This document shows, in pieces, positions 30,600 through 40,108 of a DNA stretch of 64,000 bases (position 1 is its first letter; every line of letters starts with the position of its first letter). A program made the translations under genes and the position numbers. The DNA is taken from assembly GCA_038209745.1 (NCBI GenBank), contig JBBQXJ010000015.1, positions 1 through 64,000 on the forward strand, read 5' to 3'. The notes beneath the pieces were generated by a model that searched no databases, was not told the DNA's origin, and saw nothing but the letters and a program-made list of their open reading frames with translations. This DNA comes from Verrucomicrobiota bacterium. GTDB lineage: Bacteria > Verrucomicrobiota > Verrucomicrobiia > Limisphaerales > CANJSG01.

Positions 30600-32108
30600 T
30601 CAACGCCTCCGTCTCAGCCACACCAGGCCGCCGAAGAGCAGGGCGCTACCGGGCATTCCCGCCAACAGGATCCAGGTGAGCTGCCGTTGCTGGGTGTTGC
30701 TCATGATGAGCCGGTATTCCTTCACCGGCTTGGGCGGGATCTGGAGCATCGCCTGGGGCCGGTCCAGCAGCCAATTGACGATGAACCCGGCGAAGTAGCG
30801 GTTGGCCGCGGAGTCGAGCATCTGGTTGTTGAAGCAGTAGGTGTCGCCGATGACGACCAAGCGGGTGGTCCCCCGGTCCGCGCTGACCCCGGCGATGCCG
30901 CCCTGCTCGACGGCCACCGCCATGGGCAGAGGTTGGTTGGACAGGCTTTCTTCCGGGACAATGAACTCTTCCCGTCCGCGCGGCCCGGTGGTGACCAGCG
31001 TCTCCACCCGGATGCCGTTGGCGGAGGAGGCGGCGAGGGATGGACCGACGACCCGGGGAAGGACCAGTTGGACGGGCATCGGATCGCCCGTGGCCAGGGG
31101 ACGGGTGGTCGGATGGTTCGGGTTCAGCCGGTCCGTCACGACGTCGGTCAAATCCTTCGACGAAGAATGTTCCGGATCTGTGACGCGGCCCCAGCGGGCC
31201 ACCACGTTCCAGTTGGTCAAATAGATCTCCAGTCCGGTCGGCCGTCCGAGGTTCATGTTGTTCATCATGAACAGCGCCCGCCCGCCATGGCGCAGAAAGG
31301 CGTCCAGCTTGTCGAGTTCCGCCGGGCTGAACTGCAGCTCGGAGGCGCCGGCGACGACGAGCAGCGCGAAGTCGGACAGGCTGTTGGTGCCGCGCAGGCT
31401 TATCTTTTCCCAGGGCACGTTGGCCTCTTCCTTGATCATGGACGCGAACTTCCCGTAGCCGGTATCGCCGACGAAGTTCCCGGGATCCATCTCGCCGTGG
31501 CCGGTGACGAAGCCCGCCTTTTGCTGGCGCGGATAGGTGACGGCGAACAGCGCGGAGCTGAAGGCCAGTTCGCCCTTGAAGGCGACGCGCTTGAACTCCA
31601 ATTCCCCGGTGACGGTGGATCCGTTGTCGTAGCCCGAGAGCTCCCGGGCGAAGACCACGCGGCGGCGGCCCTCGCAATTGAACACGATGAAATTCTTGGG
31701 CGACCGGCTGTCCTTGAGCGTGGCGAGCTGGTTGGTGGCGATGACTTTGGCGGCCGTGCCGGGGGATCGGGTGGAATCGACGGTGGAGACGTGGATGCGG
31801 GGGTTTCCGTGCTCGTATTGCTCGAGCAGGGAGCGGGTCCAACCATAGATCTCTTCCTCACCCCGAGGGTCGAAACAGACGACGACGTCGACTTCGTTGG
31901 TGATCGTCTGGAGCAGGCGCTCGGTCATGGGTGAGAGCGCGAAGCGCCCACCCTGCGACCAGTCCCAACGCCGATACCAGCCGGCCCCGAGGTAGTTCAC
32001 CATCACGACGATGGCCAGCAGGCAAGCGATGCCGACGACGGAGGTCGCGCCTTGGCCGAAGCGGCGGCTCCGGGAAAACGTCGGGGAATCTGGGTTCGTT
32101 TCCGCCAT
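30600..32108 (-). CDS. GldG-like ABC transporter auxiliary protein
   Basis: RWDWSQGGRFALSPMT, FVTGHGE, RLVVIGD, N.YF....VNWL; C-terminal TM followed by WLRRRR. Confidence 0.85.
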   Translation of the reverse strand: MAETNPDSPTFSRSRRFGQGATSVVGIACLLAIVVMVNYLGAGWYRRWDWSQGGRFALSPMTERLLQTITNEVDVVVCFDPRGEEEIYGWTRSLLEQYEHGNPRIHVSTVDSTRSPGTAAKVIATNQLATLKDSRSPKNFIVFNCEGRRRVVFARELSGYDNGSTVTGELEFKRVAFKGELAFSSALFAVTYPRQQKAGFVTGHGEMDPGNFVGDTGYGKFASMIKEEANVPWEKISLRGTNSLSDFALLVVAGASELQFSPAELDKLDAFLRHGGRALFMMNNMNLGRPTGLEIYLTNWNVVARWGRVTDPEHSSSKDLTDVVTDRLNPNHPTTRPLATGDPMPVQLVLPRVVGPSLAASSANGIRVETLVTTGPRGREEFIVPEESLSNQPLPMAVAVEQGGIAGVSADRGTTRLVVIGDTYCFNNQMLDSAANRYFAGFIVNWLLDRPQAMLQIPPKPVKEYRLIMSNTQQRQLTWILLAGMPGSALLFGGLVWLRRRR

Positions 32109-32109
32109 G

Positions 32110-32862
32110 TTATTTCCAGCGTCGGCTCTCGACGACGCGGTGCGTTAAGAAAAGAAACAGGACGGTGCCGGACAGGTAGAAGGTGACCCAGCGGGAATCG
32201 ACGATGCCGCGCGAAAATTCCTGGATGTGGTCCACCAGGCTGACGAGTTGGACGGTCGTCCCCAGCCAGGTGCCGGGCGCGGCGAGCTGTTCCGCGAGAG
32301 AGCTGACCACGAACAGGCCCATCACGAAGGCGAAGCTCGTCATCGCTGCGACGATCTGGTTCCGCGTCATCGCGGAGGCCAGACAGCCGAACGACAGGAA
32401 AAGGCAACCCAGTAGGAAAATGCCGAAATAGGTGCTGGCCAGGACACCGATGTCCAAAGCGCCCGGATCGCTCGAATAGCGGCGCAGGAGCAGCATGCTG
32501 GCGAGGAACGGGAGCCACATGACCAGATAGAAAACGAGGGAGGCGCTGAACTTGGCCATGACGACCTGCAGGTCGGAAACGGGCGCGGTCATGAGCGCCT
32601 CGAAGGTGCCGGAGGATTTCTCCAGCGCGAAGAGCCGCATGGTGATGATGGGCGCCGTCAGCAGCTGGATGATCCAGAAATACGGGGTGATGAAGAACAG
32701 TTCGGTCAGCGACATCGGCAGCGGCGTGCCCTTGGCCGCGCCGACGATGCCGGCCAGGCTCAGCCCCATCGTCAACAGCGCCAGCGCGATGATGATGTAG
32801 CCGGTGAAGGACACGAAGTAGCTGCCCAGTTCCCGGCGCAGCAAAGTCAGAAAGACGCGCAT
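32110..32862 (-). CDS. ABC-2 permease (GldF-like)
   Basis: RRELGSYFVS, ITMRLFALEKSSGTFEALMTAPV, SAMTRNQIVAA, FSRGIVD. Confidence 0.88.
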   Translation of the reverse strand: MRVFLTLLRRELGSYFVSFTGYIIIALALLTMGLSLAGIVGAAKGTPLPMSLTELFFITPYFWIIQLLTAPIITMRLFALEKSSGTFEALMTAPVSDLQVVMAKFSASLVFYLVMWLPFLASMLLLRRYSSDPGALDIGVLASTYFGIFLLGCLFLSFGCLASAMTRNQIVAAMTSFAFVMGLFVVSSLAEQLAAPGTWLGTTVQLVSLVDHIQEFSRGIVDSRWVTFYLSGTVLFLFLTHRVVESRRWK

Positions 32863-33827
32863 CAGGAAGCCTCCTCCTCGGTAGGACGCCGGGTGACCCG
32901 CAGGTAGATGTCTTCCAGGCTGAACTGCGTCCGCGAGAGTTCGCGCAGCCGCCATCCCCTTTCCTTGGCCAGATCGAAGACGATGGGCCGGAGATCGGCG
33001 CCGTTGCGCGGCTTCAAGGTGCACCGGACGTATTCGCCGTCCACCTCCGCGACATCGAAGTCCTCGATGGCCTCCAGATCCTCGAGCCCTTCCCGCACCG
33101 ATTGGAGCGGCGCGGCGATTTCGGCGACGACCTCCTGGCCGGAGTGCATCTTGCGGCGCAGTTCATCGGGGGTGTCCGCGGCCAGGATCTCCCCTTGCCG
33201 CATGATCAACACCCGGCTGCAGGTCAGCTCGACTTCGGGCAGGATGTGGGTGGACAGGAGGACGGTGTGCCGGCCCCTGAGGTCTTTGATCAGCTTGCGC
33301 ACCGAGCGGAGCTGCTCGGGATCGAGGCCGCTGGTGGGTTCGTCGAGAATGATCAGCGCGGGTTCGTGTACGAGCGCGTCGGCCAAGCCGACCCGCTGAC
33401 GGTAGCCCTTGGAGAGGTGGCCGATGACCTTTTTGGAAACGTCTTCCAAGCCGCACTGCGTGAGGACGGTGTCCACCCGCTCGCGGGAGCGGCGCCATGC
33501 CAGCCCTTTGAGCCGGGCCCGGAACTTCAGATACTCGCGCACCCGCATCTCATGGTAGAGCGGGTTGTTCTCCGGCATGTAGCCGATGCTGCGGCGGGCT
33601 TCGAGGGACTGGGTAAAGACGTCATAGCCCGCGACTCGCGCCGTCCCCGAAGAGGCGGGCAGATAGCCGGCGAGAATCCGCATGGTCGTGCTCTTGCCGG
33701 CGCCGTTGGGCCCGAGAAAGCCGACGATCTCCCCGCGTCCGACGGAGAACGTCAGGCCGGAGATGGCGGCGCGCCCGGCATAGCTCTTGGAGAGCCCGGA
33801 CACCTCGATCATTGCATCGGAAACCAT
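32862..33827 (-). CDS. ABC transporter ATP-binding protein (GldA-like)
   Basis: GPNGAGKST, LSKGYRQRVG, ILDEPTSGLDP, LSTHIL. Confidence 0.93.
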   Translation of the reverse strand: MVSDAMIEVSGLSKSYAGRAAISGLTFSVGRGEIVGFLGPNGAGKSTTMRILAGYLPASSGTARVAGYDVFTQSLEARRSIGYMPENNPLYHEMRVREYLKFRARLKGLAWRRSRERVDTVLTQCGLEDVSKKVIGHLSKGYRQRVGLADALVHEPALIILDEPTSGLDPEQLRSVRKLIKDLRGRHTVLLSTHILPEVELTCSRVLIMRQGEILAADTPDELRRKMHSGQEVVAEIAAPLQSVREGLEDLEAIEDFDVAEVDGEYVRCTLKPRNGADLRPIVFDLAKERGWRLRELSRTQFSLEDIYLRVTRRPTEEEAS

Positions 33828-33903
33828 GTCTTGAATGGACCGTGATTGTGGGGGCGGCGTTGAAGCGTGGGCGAACAAAAAGTAGGGCCACACTGGAGCG
33901 GGA

Positions 33904-35277
33904 TCACTTGAGTTCCAAGAGGAACTGCTGGGTTTCCCAGTCTCTCAGTCGCACGTAGGTCGTCACGAGAAACGCGTCTCCCGGGCGGCCGTTCCAGAGC
34001 GCGCTCGCTGCGGCCAGAAAATTGGGCGTCTTCAATGGCTGCCGCCCGGCTCGGGGAATTCTGAGACTGCCGAGGATCATCCCCGGTCGGATTCCGACTT
34101 TGGCGGCGGAACTGTCCTTTTCGACGGATGCCACAAACAGTCCCGCACCCACTGGCACAGACAACTGGTCGGCGAGGCGGGGATCGATCTCACGGACGCC
34201 GAGGCCCGTCTTGGCCGCGATCAGATCGGCCAAGGACTTGTAGCTCACGGTGACTTTCGAGGACTTGCCGCTCCGGAGGAAGGTCAGGTCCACCTTCTTG
34301 TCATTGGCCGCCATCATGGCGTAGGCGTCGTAGCGATCCTTGGGTTCCGCGCCGTTGATCCGGGTGAGCACGTCCCCGGGGCGGATACCCGCTTCGTCTG
34401 CGGGACTATCCGGATGAACGGCGCTGACCGTGAACTCACGCTCGTTCGAGGGTTTGAAGCGCAGGCCCAGCCAGAGCTGGTTCATGGCCTCGGGTGTGAA
34501 GCACTCCGAAACGGCGGCCGAGACCTGGCTGACTGGAATGGCGAAGCCAATGCTCTGGCCCTGGCTGGACATGGCCACGTTCAGTCCGATCATATCGCCC
34601 TTGAGGTTGATCAATGGGCCGCCGCTGTTGCCAGGGTTGATCGGCGCGTCGATCTGCAACCAGTCCGGGACATCGAGATAGTCGTTCGTCGATACCGCAC
34701 GGCGCGGTTTGGCACTGAGGATGCCCCGCGTGACCGAACTGCCCAAACCGAGAGGATTCCCCAACGCGATGACGGTTTCCCCGAGCAGGAGATCGTCGTC
34801 TGGCGCCATCTTGATCGGGCTGAACTTTTGGCCCGGGGCGGCCTCCAGCTTCAAGACGGCTACATCCGTCCCCGGGATTCCTACCAATGCCCTCGCCCGG
34901 ATGGGAGGGGTGTCGTCCCAGAGCTGGACCCAGATTTCATCGGCCACCTTGTCGTCGTCCAGGATGACGTGGACGTTGGTCAACACATAGCCGACTTCGT
35001 CGACAATGACGCCCGAGCCCGCACTGCGTCGGTCTTTGAGCCGTTCCGGGATGTCGATGACGCCGCGCCACCAGTCGAGCACCCGACGATGGACGATCTC
35101 GCCCCGGGTCTTGGTGGCGATGTTGACGACGCTCGGGGCGGACCGCTCGATCGCGGCTACGGTGGCGTCGCGACGGGGGTCTGTCTGGGTGGGAGTGGCC
35201 GGGGTGTCACTGGCGGGTAGGATGTGCGGAAAGAGACACAGGGAGGCGGTCCAAGCCGCTACGGCGAATCTTTTCAT
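33904..35277 (-). CDS. HtrA/DegP-like serine protease with PDZ domains
   Basis: signal peptide; GSGVIV, TNVH, DVAVLK, INPGNSGGPL catalytic triad; two PDZ-like regions. Confidence 0.92.
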   Translation of the reverse strand: MKRFAVAAWTASLCLFPHILPASDTPATPTQTDPRRDATVAAIERSAPSVVNIATKTRGEIVHRRVLDWWRGVIDIPERLKDRRSAGSGVIVDEVGYVLTNVHVILDDDKVADEIWVQLWDDTPPIRARALVGIPGTDVAVLKLEAAPGQKFSPIKMAPDDDLLLGETVIALGNPLGLGSSVTRGILSAKPRRAVSTNDYLDVPDWLQIDAPINPGNSGGPLINLKGDMIGLNVAMSSQGQSIGFAIPVSQVSAAVSECFTPEAMNQLWLGLRFKPSNEREFTVSAVHPDSPADEAGIRPGDVLTRINGAEPKDRYDAYAMMAANDKKVDLTFLRSGKSSKVTVSYKSLADLIAAKTGLGVREIDPRLADQLSVPVGAGLFVASVEKDSSAAKVGIRPGMILGSLRIPRAGRQPLKTPNFLAAASALWNGRPGDAFLVTTYVRLRDWETQQFLLELK

Positions 35278-35564
35278 AATACTTTGAACACTGCGTCGGC
35301 CGAAGGGTTGCTGGAAGAACCACATTCACAGCGTTCTCCGAATAATGAAAACAACACGGTCTCTTCCTGGAGGTGCCGGAAACCTCAACAGATCGTAGCC
35401 TACAGCAACCAAGTGAGACGCACCGGATTCTTGACCTGATTCACTTAAAATCTAAAAAGGACTTGTCCACCGTAACGAAGGCAAAATGCCGTGAAGGGAG
35501 GTGGGATGTCGTCACCCTTCTTTGCCCGAGCATCAATAAAAACAAGCATTCAGAAGGCATCCGT

Positions 35565-35777
35565 ATGGCCAACGGCAAAGTCAAGTGGTTCGACAACCGC
35601 AAAGGGTTCGGGTTCATCGTTCAAGAGGAATCCGGGCGCGATGTGTTCGTCCATCACACGTCCATCGAAGGCGAGGGCTACAAAACCCTTAAAGAAGGCG
35701 AAACGGTCAACTTCGATCTGATCGAAAGCGACAAGGGCCTCAAGGCGCAGCACGTTTTGCGGGCGACCTTCATCTAA
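35565..35777 (+). CDS. cold-shock protein (CspA family)
   Basis: GKVKWFDNRKGFGFI, DVFVHH, GYKTLKEG, KGLKA. Confidence 0.95.
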   Translation: MANGKVKWFDNRKGFGFIVQEESGRDVFVHHTSIEGEGYKTLKEGETVNFDLIESDKGLKAQHVLRATFI

Positions 35778-35851
35778 ATCATTCCGGCGCCGAGGCGGGC
35801 CGGACAATTTCCATGGTCAGCGTCGCGGCCCGGACTAAGGTCCTGGTCGCG

Positions 35852-37036
35852 ATGTCGTTTTTAGATCCCGTTCGAAGCCTTTACGTCCACGTCCCGTTCT
35901 GTGCCCATAAGTGCGAGTATTGCGCCTTCTACTCGGAGACGAGCAAGGGCGAGATCGTCAACCGCTATGTGGGAGCGCTCATCCGCGAGTTGGAGCTGGT
36001 GGCGGACAGTCTCCAGCCCCGGACCATCTTCTTCGGCGGCGGCACGCCCTCTCTTCTGACCCTTGCCCAGTGGGAGCGGGTCTTCGATGCCATGGATCGG
36101 CTTCACCTCTCGGGAGCCGCGGAATGGACGGTTGAATGCAACCCGGCCACCGTCTCCGAGGACAAGGCGCGTCTCCTTCGCAACCGTGGGGTCAACCGCA
36201 TCTCCATGGGTGTGCAGTCGTTGGACGAGGCGCTGCTGGACCGTCTTGGCCGGATCCATAGTCGCGACATGGTCTTCCGTTCGTTCGATATCCTGCGTCG
36301 GGTTGGCTTCGACAATGTCAACGTGGACCTCATGTTCGCCATCCCCGGCCAGACGATGGAGACGTGGCGTTCGACCTTGCGCGAAGCCACCGCGTTGGGC
36401 AGCGAGCATCTGTCCTGCTACGAGGTGATCTACGAAGAAGACACGCCGTTGTTCGAGCAGCTCAAGGCGGGGCAATTCGACGTGGATGAGGAGCTGGCGG
36501 CCAACATGTATGAGGAGCTGTTGGACTTCTCCGCTGCAAAAGGTTTCCACCAATACGAGATCGCCAATTTCGCGCAGAACCCGGTGCCCGCCTCGGCGCC
36601 CGACGATCCGATGTTTGCCGACGTCCCCAGTCGGGCCTGCCGGCACAATGTCACCTATTGGCGTGGTGGTTCGTGCCACGGCCTCGGGCCGGCGGCCTCG
36701 GGTTATGTAGGGGGCTCGCGCTCGAAGAACTGGTCCAACACGACGCTCTACTGCGAACAGCTGGAGAAGGGAAAGAGGGCGGTGGAATTCTCCGAAACGC
36801 TGTCGCCGGCGGGGCGGACCGGGGAACTTGCAGCCTTCGGTCTGAGAATGGCGGCCGGTTGGCCGCTGGAGCTCTTCAGACGCACCACCGGGGCCGATCT
36901 GGCCGCCGAGTGGCGTGAGCCGATCGAGCGACTCGTCGGTTTGGGCTATGCTGAGCTCACGCCCGAACGCTTTCACCTCACTCGGCAAGGACTACGCTAC
37001 GCCGACTGGGCGGCGGAACTTTTCCTCCGAACCTGA
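35852..37036 (+). CDS. hemW: radical SAM heme chaperone HemW
   Basis: YVHVPFCAHKCEYCAF, FGGGTPS, RISMGVQS, YEIANF, HNVTYW (HNxxYW signature). Confidence 0.85.
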   Translation: MSFLDPVRSLYVHVPFCAHKCEYCAFYSETSKGEIVNRYVGALIRELELVADSLQPRTIFFGGGTPSLLTLAQWERVFDAMDRLHLSGAAEWTVECNPATVSEDKARLLRNRGVNRISMGVQSLDEALLDRLGRIHSRDMVFRSFDILRRVGFDNVNVDLMFAIPGQTMETWRSTLREATALGSEHLSCYEVIYEEDTPLFEQLKAGQFDVDEELAANMYEELLDFSAAKGFHQYEIANFAQNPVPASAPDDPMFADVPSRACRHNVTYWRGGSCHGLGPAASGYVGGSRSKNWSNTTLYCEQLEKGKRAVEFSETLSPAGRTGELAAFGLRMAAGWPLELFRRTTGADLAAEWREPIERLVGLGYAELTPERFHLTRQGLRYADWAAELFLRT

Positions 37037-37208
37037 TGGGGCGTGTCGTCGAGCAAACCAAATGAGCCGGGATTCAGGCGGAGTGGTGGCGCGACGGAGC
37101 TGATGGGCATTGCCCGATCGCCGCAGCGTTCCCGATAAAATCACTTGCTGGCCCGGCTTCGTATCCCCTTAATACCGGGCCTCCGGCGTCAGTGCCGGAA
37201 CCGATCGT

Positions 37209-37293
37209 GCCCGCGTGGCGGAATTGGCAGACGCGCTAGATTCAGGTTCTAGTGGGTAACTCCTTACAGGTTCAAGTCCTGTCGCGGGCACCA
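37209..37293 (+). tRNA. tRNA-Leu(CAG)
   Basis: GCCCGCG/CGCGGGC acceptor stem, D-loop GGAATTGGCAGAC, anticodon arm CTAGA-TTCAGGT-TCTAG, variable arm, GTTCAAGT T-loop, encoded CCA. Confidence 0.96.
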
Positions 37294-37511
37294 CGGCTTT
37301 CTTCGATGGCAGCATCTCGCTGATCGGGTCCAGTTGTTCTAGGATCATTCCTAGCGAAGAATTCTTTCTGATTCCGGGCTACTTGGGCATTTCCCTGCGC
37401 TGGGGGATATCATTGATCCGTGGTGGTCGTTTATTGAATCCCTGATCTCCGACGGCTCCTGCTTCGGTTGCTACCGGTTCTGTCACGCCTGCCCCACAAC
37501 GGATTCCAAAT

Positions 37512-37733
37512 ATGAAGCTGATCAACGTGGTCCCCATCGGCAGCGAATACCGCCTGGTCGTCATGACTCCCGACGGCGATCCGTCGCCCGTTCTGGCTCT
37601 TGGCCTGACGGATCTCGGTAAACTTGTCCCAATCGTCTTCGATCCCCGCCGCAATGCGTTCGTGCCCGTCGCCCAGGATGAGGGGATCATCGGCCAGGAC
37701 ATCGAGGCTGAGGATTCGGGCGGGACGGTTTGA
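37512..37733 (+). CDS. small hypothetical protein (73 aa)
   Basis: ATG after an AT-rich leader; GC3-rich codons; protein-like composition. Confidence 0.55.
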   Translation: MKLINVVPIGSEYRLVVMTPDGDPSPVLALGLTDLGKLVPIVFDPRRNAFVPVAQDEGIIGQDIEAEDSGGTV

Positions 37734-37845
37734 GCTTCGGGAAAGCCAACTTTGAGGTCACCGCTCCGTTTCCGGCTCTCCACAAAGCTGTCGGAGTGGC
37801 TTAGCTCCTGGTCTTCGGCTGCCGATGGAGCCAGAAGTGCCCGCG

Positions 37846-39450
37846 ATGTCTTCAATCATCCGACGTGCCACGGCCGATGATGCGGTGCCGTGGATCGATT
37901 TGCTACTGGCCTCGTTGGGAACGGACTACGTCGCCCGCGAGATATACGACCCGACCTGGGTGGCGTCGCAACTCGGGGCCGGATCCGGGAGCGAGACTTG
38001 GATCGTCGAAGAAGCCGGGCGAATCTTGGCCGCTGGATCCATCCTGCCTCCCAATTGGCCGAGCTTGAACCCGATCTGCAACATCGGCCGCGTGCTCATC
38101 AGGGTAGAGTCCTATGAGGACGGCACGGCGAACGGTTTGTTCGACAAGCTGCGATCTTTGGCCGACGAGCGGGGACAGACGATCGTCACCCGGGTCGCCG
38201 CTTCGGACAACGCCCAGCAACTCGTCCTGGAACAGCTCGGATTCGTCTGCGCCGGCTACCAGCCGATCAAGCATCTGGTCGGCTCCCGTGCGGCGATGCT
38301 GTTCTACACCCGGCCCTCCCGCTCGCTCTTGCGCGAGAGGCAGACTGTATCCGAGTCCCTTTCCCAGATCAGCGAGTTGTCGATCGCCGTTTTGACGTTG
38401 ATGGGTGTGCCTCCTCCGAGACTGATTCGTGACGGGGTCACGGGGTATCCGTTGACGGCAGGAACTGCGAAGCCCGAAGAAGTCACGTTCGAGGACTACA
38501 AGTTTTGCCGGGCTCAGCTCCGTCAGAAGAATCCGACTGTGGAGATCTCGGGAGGATTCCATCTGGGTTTCGGTCTCATGAGGGTCGAAGTCAACGCGCC
38601 CATCCGTGCTTTGCTGGCGCGAGCGAACGGCAAGACGACCGCCGGGTTGGCCTTTTACTTCGACGAACACGACCGGGGGGCCCGGCTGGTGGACAGTTTC
38701 TGCGTGGACGACGCGGCGATCGGGGGGCTTATCCAGCAGGCGGTCTGCATCGCACAGGAGACCTTTCAGGCGATTTATGTGGAGGTGGATCTGCTCGTCA
38801 ATGCACCAAGGATTCTCAAGACCGCCGAACAAGCGGGCTTCGTGCCGGTGGCCTATCTCCCCGCATTCTATAGCCACAATGGCCGCAGGGAGGACGTGAT
38901 CAAGATGGTGAAGATCAACGTTCCCTATGATTTTGAGGGAGGACAGTTCACCATCCAGGCCAAGACCATCGCGGCCGTGGTGGACCGCTGCTTCGAGGAC
39001 ATGAAGGTCGGCATGGCGACGGTCGGTCTGTTGCGTGGCTTGCCGATCTTCAGCGGACTGGGCGACGGGGAACTCCGCAAAATGGCCCGTCTTTTCCAGC
39101 AGCGCCTCTACCGGCAGGGAGAAACAATCTTTTCCAGAAACCAGCCGGGGAACGAGGCCTTCGTCGTTATGCGGGGAGAAGTGGGGATTTTCCTCGATGA
39201 AGATTTGGGACCGGTCGCCAACCTGGGTCCGGGCAAGATCATCGGCGAGCTGGCCTTTTTGGACGGGGCGCCCCGAGCCGCGAAGGCCGTGGCAAAGCAG
39301 GCCAGCATTCTCCTTGTGTTGCACCGCGACGCCTTCAACCGCCTCATCGCGAGCGAACCGCACCTTGGCATGCTCGTCATGCGGAACATCGCGGTCGACC
39401 TCAGCTCCAAGCTGCGTCTGACCAACGCCTCTCTCCCGGGCCGGCATTGA
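37846..39450 (+). CDS. tandem GNAT-like domains plus C-terminal cyclic-nucleotide-binding domain protein
   Basis: IRRATADD..NIGRVLI..LEQLGFVCAGY; second unit ..AEQAGFVPVAYLP; cNMP domain LPIFSGL..GETIF..GELAFLDGAPRAA. Confidence 0.82.
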   Translation: MSSIIRRATADDAVPWIDLLLASLGTDYVAREIYDPTWVASQLGAGSGSETWIVEEAGRILAAGSILPPNWPSLNPICNIGRVLIRVESYEDGTANGLFDKLRSLADERGQTIVTRVAASDNAQQLVLEQLGFVCAGYQPIKHLVGSRAAMLFYTRPSRSLLRERQTVSESLSQISELSIAVLTLMGVPPPRLIRDGVTGYPLTAGTAKPEEVTFEDYKFCRAQLRQKNPTVEISGGFHLGFGLMRVEVNAPIRALLARANGKTTAGLAFYFDEHDRGARLVDSFCVDDAAIGGLIQQAVCIAQETFQAIYVEVDLLVNAPRILKTAEQAGFVPVAYLPAFYSHNGRREDVIKMVKINVPYDFEGGQFTIQAKTIAAVVDRCFEDMKVGMATVGLLRGLPIFSGLGDGELRKMARLFQQRLYRQGETIFSRNQPGNEAFVVMRGEVGIFLDEDLGPVANLGPGKIIGELAFLDGAPRAAKAVAKQASILLVLHRDAFNRLIASEPHLGMLVMRNIAVDLSSKLRLTNASLPGRH

Positions 39451-39462
39451 GGCCCCGGCCCG

Positions 39463-39999
39463 TCACCAGTCAACCGACACGGTGATCTTCCGTCCTTGGC
39501 GGTTGTTGAAGAACAGCCGCCCGTTCGCGACGCCGTATTCGTGGACCATCTTCGTGATCTTCACGTCGAAGCAGCAGTATTCCGCGATCTCCAACAGCTT
39601 GCCCTCGCGCCACCAACGGACGGCCTGCAGCCCTTCGCTGGTCTTTTCCAGGCCGAGAGTCGCGCTCGCCACGGAGTCCAAAGAGACGCGGTGCCCGAGC
39701 ACCCGTTCCATCTCCAGCATCATGTCGAGGGAGCGGACCTGTCCTGCGTCGAAGAAGTCGTTGTAGCCCTGCAGCACCGTGTAGTCGAAGCCTTCATGGT
39801 TGAAGCCGACCACGAGGTCTGCGCGGCGCAGCTCTTCGATCAGCTCGTTGACCTTCTTTTCAGGGTAGACAAGGTAACCGCCCCGGGTCGTGCTGAAGGT
39901 CACGCCGAGGCTCATCTTGAGATCACGGATGTTCCCTCTCCCTCCGACTTCATCGAAGGACTTCTGCGTTTCCAGATCGAAATAGACGATGTTTTTCAA
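39463..39999 (-). CDS. RNase H-like (YprB/RNase_H_2) 3'-5' exonuclease-fold protein
   Basis: YFDLETQ, GFNHEGFD, SLDSVA, YCCFDV acidic motifs; TTG start assumed. Confidence 0.85.
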   Translation of the reverse strand: MKNIVYFDLETQKSFDEVGGRGNIRDLKMSLGVTFSTTRGGYLVYPEKKVNELIEELRRADLVVGFNHEGFDYTVLQGYNDFFDAGQVRSLDMMLEMERVLGHRVSLDSVASATLGLEKTSEGLQAVRWWREGKLLEIAEYCCFDVKITKMVHEYGVANGRLFFNNRQGRKITVSVDW

Positions 40000-40108
40000 C
40001 GTGCCCGGCTCTTGTGACGCAAGGCACCGGTTCAAACCAGCGCAAAGACCCGGCGAGAGGAAGGTCTTTGTGATTGCCGCCTCACGGTAGTTTGGAAACG
40101 GTTCCCTC

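Noticed and set aside
37209..39450. tRNA-Leu as the integration site of an island
   Set aside because: No integrase, and I saw no duplicated tRNA 3' end in the window.
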